Shown here: positions 55,281 through 64,000 of the stretch, one piece after another
Position numbering within the stretch: the stretch's first letter is position 1
Layout of the letters: every line of letters begins with the position of its first letter
Assembly: GCA_964019425.1 (NCBI GenBank)
Contig: OZ025804.1
Span: 62,001 to 126,000, forward strand
Direction: 5' to 3'
Length of the DNA stretch: 64,000 nt
From: Flectonema sp. DT1601
Taxonomy: Eukaryota
Notes under the pieces: generated by a model
Told to the model about the DNA's origin: nothing
Database searches by the model: none
What the model saw: only the letters and a program-made list of their open reading frames with translations
Translations under genes and position numbers: made by a program

Positions 55281-58200
55281 CCACAGGGGGTGTGTGGGTC
55301 TCCTTGTCGTATGTTTGTAACTGCGATGATGGGCTGGACAAGTCGCGTTCCTCCTTGGTGAGGATGTCTACTGGTTCTTCAGAGGTGTCACACACTTCAT
55401 TGTCGAGGGCGTCCGCTAGTTCTCCGGAGGCATCCTGTTCTATTTCGGTAAGGATGTCTGCTGGTTGTTCGGCGGTATCGCGCACTTCTAGTTCTCCGGC
55501 GGCATCATGTTCTACTTCGGTAAGGATATCCGCTGGTTCTTCGGAGGCATCGCGAACTTCCCCGGTGAGGGTGTCTGTCCGTTCTCCAGGGGCATCATAA
55601 ACTTCTTCCTTGAGGGTGTTTACTGGATCTTCGGAGGCATCGTGTTCAACTCTCTCCGGCGGGTCTATGGTTGCAACTATCGTCCTTAGACCGGTTGACG
55701 GTAGGGGACTGCCTTCGGTGGGCAAATCTGTCGGTTTAGTGACTGGTGTGGCGCGGGCCGTGGCATCTTCCAACTCCTGACTTGCATTCGGCGGTGGGAT
55801 GTCGGTTTCCTTTGGCTCCGGCTTACTCTGGCCGACATTGGTTGCAACTGCGGTTTCTACAGGTGAGGCGGTCGGCGCTACACTTTCTATCTCCGTCGTG
55901 ACCGTCGGGTTCCGTTGGTTATCTTCTAGTGGGGGGCCTTCTGAAGTCACTGAGTCATCTCGGGCCACTTCAGGTGCGGACGTCTTCGGCTTCTTCACTG
56001 ATACAGGCTCGTCTTGCGAATCTGAACCAGGGGACCACTGCTTCTTGCTCCTCGGACTGGCCGATGGCGTTGGGCTTCCATCGGGGTCGGCTATGGCGGG
56101 CGGTGGATGGTCTGCCTCAGCCTTTGGTTTCTTGACTGAGGTAGACTCTCCCTGCGAATCGGAATCTGGGGATCTCGGTTTCTTGGTTAACCGTAATCCC
56201 AGCTCCCCTTCCAGGTCTGAGGTACGTCTCAACACGTTCATCAGCGAGCAGTAATCTCGAGAGGACACCTCTTCCGCCTTGAACTGCGCACAGTTGTTGG
56301 CGACGTTTGGTGTGTTGAGGAAGCTCCATGTGGCCGGCACAGCCCCCGCCAGTCCCGTCCGTGTTGTCGCACTCCACGTGTTCATATTTCCTCTGCAACT
56401 CCAGGTGGCATTTCTATCCTGTTGACTCATCTTCTGTATCCCCTTGAGGGCAGCATAGTAGGAGGCTAGCCCAAGGTCTGCAGTGTCGAGCGTCGCACCC
56501 CAGCTGGCCGTCAACTTGTGCAGTTGCGTGTCCAACAGGCAGGCGGCCGCCCCCGTCCTCCCAGTGTTCAAGTTCCTATGACTGGCGAAGAATAGGCACA
56601 TGCGAGGCGAGTCCTGTTGACGTCCCCCTGCCATGTGGTCCCACCAGTATAGAGAGGCTTCCAATCGCGAGTTGAAGGCCTTGTACCGGCTTCTGGTGAA
56701 CTCGTTTACCATCGAGCTCGCTTCGCGCCAGCAGTCGTACAGACCGGACTTTCGGCCCCTGACTACTGCGTACCATTTGCTGCCCTGCGGTGGAGCGACT
56801 TTGGTATCCCCTGATGGTGGGTTGTACCTCTCCACAAATCGCTGGGCCGACTCGCGGAGGACGAATCTTTGGTGGACGGCGCCTCTGTATTTGTGCACCT
56901 CCCTCTTCGTTTCCTCCCACGTGGTATAGACTCCCGGGGATCTGCCTTCGGCGACTCCGTAGAAGAAAGTTGGCTTCCTGTTGGAGGGTGCTAAAATCCG
57001 TCTTGGATCCTGGGTGGAGGAGGGTAGCTGCTCTCGTCTCAGGTACAGGGCGACGCAGGGCTTTATTTGTGTGACCTTCGACGTGTAGATTCCCTCGGCT
57101 GAATCGTCTTGTTTCAGCCATCCCCCCCTTCCATTTGTCGTATACGACACATAGTGCCCCGAGACCTCGTTAAACCTGATGTGTTGGATCATTCCAGTCA
57201 GGGTGTAGAGGCGGCTCGATGCGTCTATGAAAGATTCTGGTAGGATGACTTCATCGGGTTTGGTATCTCCAAAATGTCCCTCTTTGAACCCAAGGAACAG
57301 CGAACGGGCTGGCTCGTCTACCGATGTAACGATCTCCGCTGAGCACGATTTACAACTCGGGCAGGTGAAGTCTGTCGGGCTTGTCGTCGTTTCGTCAAGG
57401 GCAGAAGCTGTCTTTTGGTCGGGTTCCAGTCTGAGGATGGGCGTTCTATACCGTACCGTGTGTATGTCTTCGCAGACTTGACGCGTGCGGATTTGCGTTA
57501 CCGTGGACACGAAGTCGACTGGTGGAGCTCCCGCCTTATCGATTGCTTCGAGCAGCTCTGACAGTGCATGTTCGGCTTCCGATTGTCCCGGTCCGCAGCG
57601 TGGTTTCATCCATTCCCATATCTTCTTCGCTGCCAAAACAGACCCCGATCGCTTCAGCTCCCTCAGAGTGCATAAGACACAGTCTGCTGAGTGTTCCGGC
57701 AATTTGTTGCATTCCGGAAGAGGCATGCCCTTGCATAGGCACTGTGTTCATGTAGCAGGAATCCCCGAGATTCTGAATCCCCTCCAGGCCTACTCCAAAG
57801 GGTATGAAGGTCGGAGGATGTTCTATTGCTGGACTCTCGGGTTTCGAAGTGAGTGACGGCCCTCTCTGTGCGTTCAAGGGCGTACCCGGGACCGACTCCG
57901 GTTCCTGCCATCGTCCGGCAGAAGTTGTTATTGGGCCAGGAAGGTGCATGACGGCAGAGTCTGGAACAGACAGGGCGGCTTCGTTCGGCGTTATCTCTCC
58001 ACCGTGCGTAGCGATTGGATCAGTGGGCGATTCATGCGGCCTCAGCCCGGTCTCCGATATCTCTAAACCTCCGGCAGTGGATTTGGTAGGGCCAGGGGGC
58101 ATAGGGACAGCAGCGGCTGGGTCGATCAATATGAATACATTCCGTCCGCCTATTGGCAGTGAAGGATTGCCTGTTTCCATCGTGGGTTCAACCGGCGCTC

Positions 58201-58419
58201 CTTGCGGGCGAAAAGACGGTCTCGGCTCCGGCTCAGGTAACTCTAAACTTCCGGCAATGGATATGGTTGGGCCCGGAGGAGTAGGGACAGCGGTGACTGG
58301 AGCGGTCTGATCCGTCTCGGTTCGTTTAGCGGCTGGCGAGGAAGTTACGTCTACAGCTGATGCCGGATCAGCCGGCGCTTCTAGAGGTCTGTTGAGTGGC
58401 AGTCTCAGCCCGGGCTCCG

Positions 58420-59550
58420 ATACCTCTAAACCTCCGACGATGGATGTGGTTGGGCCAGGAGGGGTCGGGGCAGCGGTGGCTGGAACGTGCAACGTGAACT
58501 CGTTCGGTCCAACGGCTGGCAAGGAGGCAGCTGGAGCGGACACTGGTGTGGCTGTCGGGTCGGGTCCTCCGTCGTCAGTCGTGTACGGTAACGGGGTCGG
58601 CACTGGTGTTGATTCGTACTCACACGGCTCTCCGTCTTTGTGTAGTGGAATTGCGGCACTCGTAGCGGGTTCTGCGGGCAATCTTTGCGGACTAGTCGAC
58701 GGACTCGGCACAGGCTCCGATATCCCTAAACCTCCGGCGATGGATATGGTTGGGCCAGGAGGGGTCGGGGCAGCGGTGGCTGGTTCAGTCGATGTTTTCT
58801 CGTTTCTCCCTCCAGCTGGTAAGGAAGCCGTCGGAGCGGACACTGGTGTGGCTGTCGGGTCGGATCCTCCGTCGTCAGTCGTGTACGGTAACGGGGTCGG
58901 CACTGGTGTTGATTCGTACTCACACGGCTCTCCGTCTTTGTGTAGTGGAATTGCGGCACTCGTAGCGGGTTCTGCGGGCAATCCTTGCGGACTAGTCGAC
59001 GGATTCGGCACAGGCTCCGATATCCCTAAACCTCCGGCGATGGATATGGTTGGGCCAGGAGGGGTCGGGGCAGCGGTGACTGGTTCAGTCGATGTTTTCT
59101 CGTTTCTCCCTCCAGCTGGTAAGGATGCCGTCGGAGCGGACACTGGTGTGGCTGTCGGGTCGGATCCTCCGTCGTCAGTCGTGGTCGGTAACGGGGCCTG
59201 CGCCGGCACTGGTTCGAGCTCTCTCGGCTCTCCGGCTTTGTGTAGTGGAGCTGTGAGGCTCATAGTGGGTTCGGCGGACACCCCTTGCGGACTAGTCGAA
59301 GGACTCAGCACAGGCTCCGATACCTCTAAACCTCCGGCGGTAGATATGATTGGGCCAGGAGGTGTCGGGGCAGCGGTAGTTGGTTCAATCGATGCGGTCT
59401 CGTTCCGTCCTTCGGTTGACAGGGTAGCGGCTGGAACGGACACCGATGTAGCTATCGGAACGGATCCTCCGTCGTCAGTCGTGGTCGGTTGCGGGGCCGG
59501 CACTGGTGTCGATTCGAACTCCCTCGGCTCTCCAGCTTTGTGTTGTGGAG
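58420..59550. repeat. ~300-bp tandem repeat encoding a Pro/Thr-rich linker in the CRE ORF
   Basis: Blocks at 58441, 58741 and 59041 recur with a 300-bp period (TTDDGGSDPTATPVSAP...AAPTPPGPTISIAGGL). Confidence 0.92.
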
Positions 59551-62500
59551 TTACTAGTCTCGTTGCGGGTTCCTCTGGCTTCGTGGCCGGCCTGGTGACT
59601 GAATCCCCCTCGGGTTCCGCTGACCGGCCGATCCCTCCGGCATCCGGTGTGGTTGGGTCTGGAGTTGGATCCATAGGTTGTGGGGTCGATGCGGACAATG
59701 ACACGTCATCGGATGTGCTCGGTGCAGGCGGCGTGTGTGGCGTGTGCGGCTTACTTGCGGATAACGCTGCCTGGTGTATGAGCGATGCTCCTCTTGCCCT
59801 GAGGGCTTCTGCAGTGCAGACCACCACTTGGGTTGAGACCCTCCTGGCATACAGGCCTGCAACCTCCCGTAGGGGTACTGTTGTGGCAATGGCTCGCAGC
59901 TGCGACAGTCGGCTCAGGGTCCTCACAGCTTGTGGGCCTAAACCTCCATAGACTTCAAGTGCAATCGGGGAAAAGTTTAATCCGAACTTTGCACATAGGG
60001 CCGAGTATTTGCCTGACTTTGCGGCTTCTGCTTCACTGGCTGCTTGCCCCGGCTTGTTGTAGTTTCTAGAAGCCCCCGGGTTGACGATCGTCACGTCGAA
60101 GGCCCGCCCGACCCCCTCGTTCAACCCTTGCGGACAGTACCAATCTGCGGGTCGCTGCTTGTTGTATCCAACGAGGTATTTGGGTTCCCTCATCGTTGCC
60201 AAGCCCGCCGAACGACAGATGCCGATAAACTCTTCCCTTACTTTATCATGCCTGCGGTGGATATCCCCTCCGTCGATGCATACAGAGGCGTGGTACCCGA
60301 ATGCGTCCTGCGTCTTCTTGCAGGCACGGCAGGCCTCATCCTCTGAGAACAGGGCTGTCCCGAGACGTAATCCGCAGGCGATACGGAATATGTCGGAGCC
60401 TATGTAGCATTCCTCATCTGGACATTGTAACCACGTGCTTGCTTTCGGCATGGTGAGACAAGAGTCTCTTCTTGTCGGTTGGTGCCGCGTCTTCCAGCAA
60501 CTTATCTCGCGCGACCTGGTCTAGTCTGGCCGAGGTAAGTCGTTGTGGGTGGTATGTGCCCTCCAGCTTTAGGCTTGCCGGCAGCACCTTGTTCAGCGCC
60601 TCTTGGATCTGCGCACCTAGGCTACATTTGTAGTCCCGCCATAGGCTAACACAGGTATCCTTTACCAGTCCTAGCGAACCTAACAGGGCAGCATTCCTGT
60701 GCTTTGTACATGAACGGAGGCCGAGTCCGCCCATCCGCGTGGGGAGCTGTGCCTGGGTCCATCTCGAGCCTTCCAGGCCCTGTCCTAGCACCTCCGAGGC
60801 CGCCCATTTGACAACTTCGTCAACCTTCTGCAGCTGTTCTGTTATATCAAACGAGCAGCTCCGCATCAGGTGTGTGACCTCACAGAAGCCCGAACACTGT
60901 CTTAGAAGGACAAGGGCTGTCTGTCTGTCTTCCACGCCTGCGATCAGCTGGGCCTTGTCTTGCAGCCTACTGACCTTCTGTGCTACGAAGCTCTGAACGT
61001 GGGCGATCGATCCGAAAGGTGAGCCCAGGAAGTCTCCATTATAGAGCGGGCTCCCCATGCCTTCCAATCCCCAGCCAGACGGGGAGCTCGACTGGGTTCT
61101 CCTGTAAGACGTACGTCTGGCACTTGGCAGGTCTGAGGCTCAGTCCAATCTTTGCCGATTCCCTATCCAGGGTGCGTAGGGCTTGATCCACTTGCTCTAA
61201 TGATCCTGCGATCAATCCATCGTCCAGGTAGAAGCAGGCGAACTCCGGGCTGGTTTTCAACACCTCCACAAGTACTGGTTTCAAGGCCAATGAGAACAGC
61301 ATCGGTCCCAATGGGTCCCCTTGTTGTGCACCCTCAGCGGAGGACAGGGTGTGTTTGCCAAATAGTAACCACGACTGTCTACCGTAGCACCACCGCACCC
61401 AGTTCTCGAGCTGCGAGCCCGTCGTTGCTTCGATGAATGCTCCACGATGGACGCAGTTGAAAGCGTTCGAGAAGTCTATTTTGACGAAGACTTTCTCTGC
61501 CCCACAGTTTTTGGACCTAAACTCATGGAGTGCATGGATGGCCGCTTCTGTCCCCCCTGGTACTGCTACACCAAGTTGGCACACTTGCATAAGGTGGACT
61601 TTGGCTTCCCGTGCAAATTGACGGCAGAGGTGTTTCGCCGTCAGTCTCCTCCAGGTTTCACCCACCGCGATTGGACGATATTCCCCTGGTCTGCCTTCTT
61701 TCTCTATGGCGGTCAGGTTTGCTCCTGCCATGAGAGGGGCGATGGTGCTTGGGGCTCGGCCATTTGCCAGGAGCTTCACTACTTTTGTTAAAGAGGCCAG
61801 AAGTCCAGGGACCTCCCCCCGGTCTACCGCATCTTTGAGATGTTGTGGTGCGAGACCTGAGGGACCCACTCGAGCCCCTGTGAAAGGACCGTAGGCAAGA
61901 TAGTACCGTCTCCTCATCTACCGTGGATTCGGTGCCGGTGCCTTCCTGGTACTCTCCTGACTTCGGCGGGTGCAGAGTCTTTAGTTTTTCCAGCACTTCA
62001 TCCGAGTGTTCTGCCGGAGGTGGTGAGCTCAAAGCTGAGATCGCCTGCGATATGCGGCCCTCTCTTACCAGTTCGGTTGCCCTCCGATTTCTTGATTTCT
62101 GGACGGCGCCACTTTTGTCTGGATCTGGGTACTCCCGGTCGCATTTGCCGCCCATAGTACCATGAAGTTGCCCTTTGACCATGCCGTCAGGTCCTCGATC
62201 GCGCCGTTCAAGGCTGATTCAGTCATCCGTCCTCCCTTTCTTCGTACTCTTCTCAGGGTACAGACTGGTAGCATTAGTAGCAGCCGCCAGGCTTGGTCGT
62301 TATTTAAGTCTGCTACCAGATCCGACGTCAGCTTCAGCGCTTTCGCGAAGTGGTGCAGTAGGGGTACTGGAATCACCTTCAGTAGGGGCCTCCTCCGAGT
62401 GGCGATGGTTTCGAGGTCCGGCAGGTCTTGTGTCGATAGAGCCATCTCCTTGAACCCCTTGTAGGCGTCATCTAATTCCTTGGATTCTAGCTTTTCTCTG

Positions 62501-63103
62501 CAGGATTGGTGCATGGGTTGTGTCATTCCAATTACCAATCGGCAGACTGGGCACTCCCGTAGGTTGAGTCTGGAGAGGTGACTGTGTGTCAGGGGGTTCC
62601 CACTGAAAGCGCGCTCTTGCGCGTGCTGGAGCAGCTCCGTCCAAGACGGGAACGCCGCCTTGTGTCTGTCGCATTCCGGTTGTGGACACGTAAGTGAGAC
62701 ATCCTTTGGGCTGGGCGGATGTGGTAGCAAGGGACCAGCTGTTTCCGCGGTATTCATTCTGCCTGTCTGCAGGATCAGGAGAGGCCTTGCTTTATTGAGG
62801 AGGGATGTTAGCTTTTCCGGTGCCACTACGACGGGGTCGTAATGGCTCCCCTGCAAGGTGAGTGCGATCACGTGGCCCGGGGTTGTCCCGTTCCTTCCTG
62901 ACACCACTAGTTCTTCCTTTCCAACGAACAGTAGGAAGCTGCACTTCAGATCGTCTGCCATGGCTTGTAAGGCCAGTGCGTCACCCCACGCCTTGTCTGT
63001 TCTGAGCGTATTGAGGTATGCTTCCATCTCTGTGTCTGATGAAAAGCATTGGTTGAACACTTCTTGGCTCTTCTCAATAAAGTCAGCCGTCCTCTGTCGT
63101 AGC

Positions 63104-64000
<897 letters not shown>

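Larger units (their letters stand above)
49600..63103 (-). mobile_element. CRE/SLACS-clade non-LTR retrotransposon (OTU - RT - RLE - Pro-rich repeats - USP - 2x RNase H1 hybrid-binding domain - RNase H-like - Zn finger), frameshifted and interrupted
   Basis: RT motifs RPIAVGE, QLGV, IDFSNAFN, GAQQGDPLGPMLF, YLDDG and LPTRMGGLG. RLE CxxC..H...C, RHD, RPAD, FDVTI and K..KY. Probable poly(A) at 49600-49628. Confidence 0.88.

Noticed and set aside
58392..59951. 519-aa plus-strand Gly/Val-rich ORF
   Set aside because: Antisense shadow of the GC-rich Pro/Thr repeat region of the CRE ORF.
55102..63060. Programmed ribosomal frameshifting between the CRE ORF segments
   Set aside because: At least five breaks, some inside conserved RT and USP domains, with no consistent slippery sites. 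Decay or long-read indel errors are more parsimonious.

Overview
Eukaryotic genomic DNA, most likely a euglenozoan protist. A diplonemid is the best guess (inference): every credible gene lies on the minus strand, short GT-AG cis-introns are present, and CRE- and ingi-type retroelements occur. Bases 1-42.1 kb hold host genes: a PDZ/C1 membrane protein, two near-identical ATP sulfurylases, two ubiquitin-like+LRR proteins, ATG16, a tandem array of H1-like lysine-rich genes, a Bin3/MePCE methyltransferase, a GT61 glycosyltransferase, an intron-containing MAP2K and a UBAC2-like protein. This part also holds a decayed TIR DNA transposon. Bases 42.9-64 kb are a nest of retroelements. Main candidates for novelty: (1) a CRE-clade (RT+RLE) element whose frameshifted ORF also encodes OTU-like and USP-like deubiquitinase domains and RNase H modules; (2) a 4.56-kb 5'-truncated element nested in it, with an 11-bp TSD and a Josephin-like protease domain; (3) a ~140-nt structured RNA at that element's 3' end, present twice in the window, with a full hammerhead-ribozyme core in a non-canonical strand order (the substrate strand sits inside loop II). 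All domain and structure calls are by eye; no searches or folding were run.
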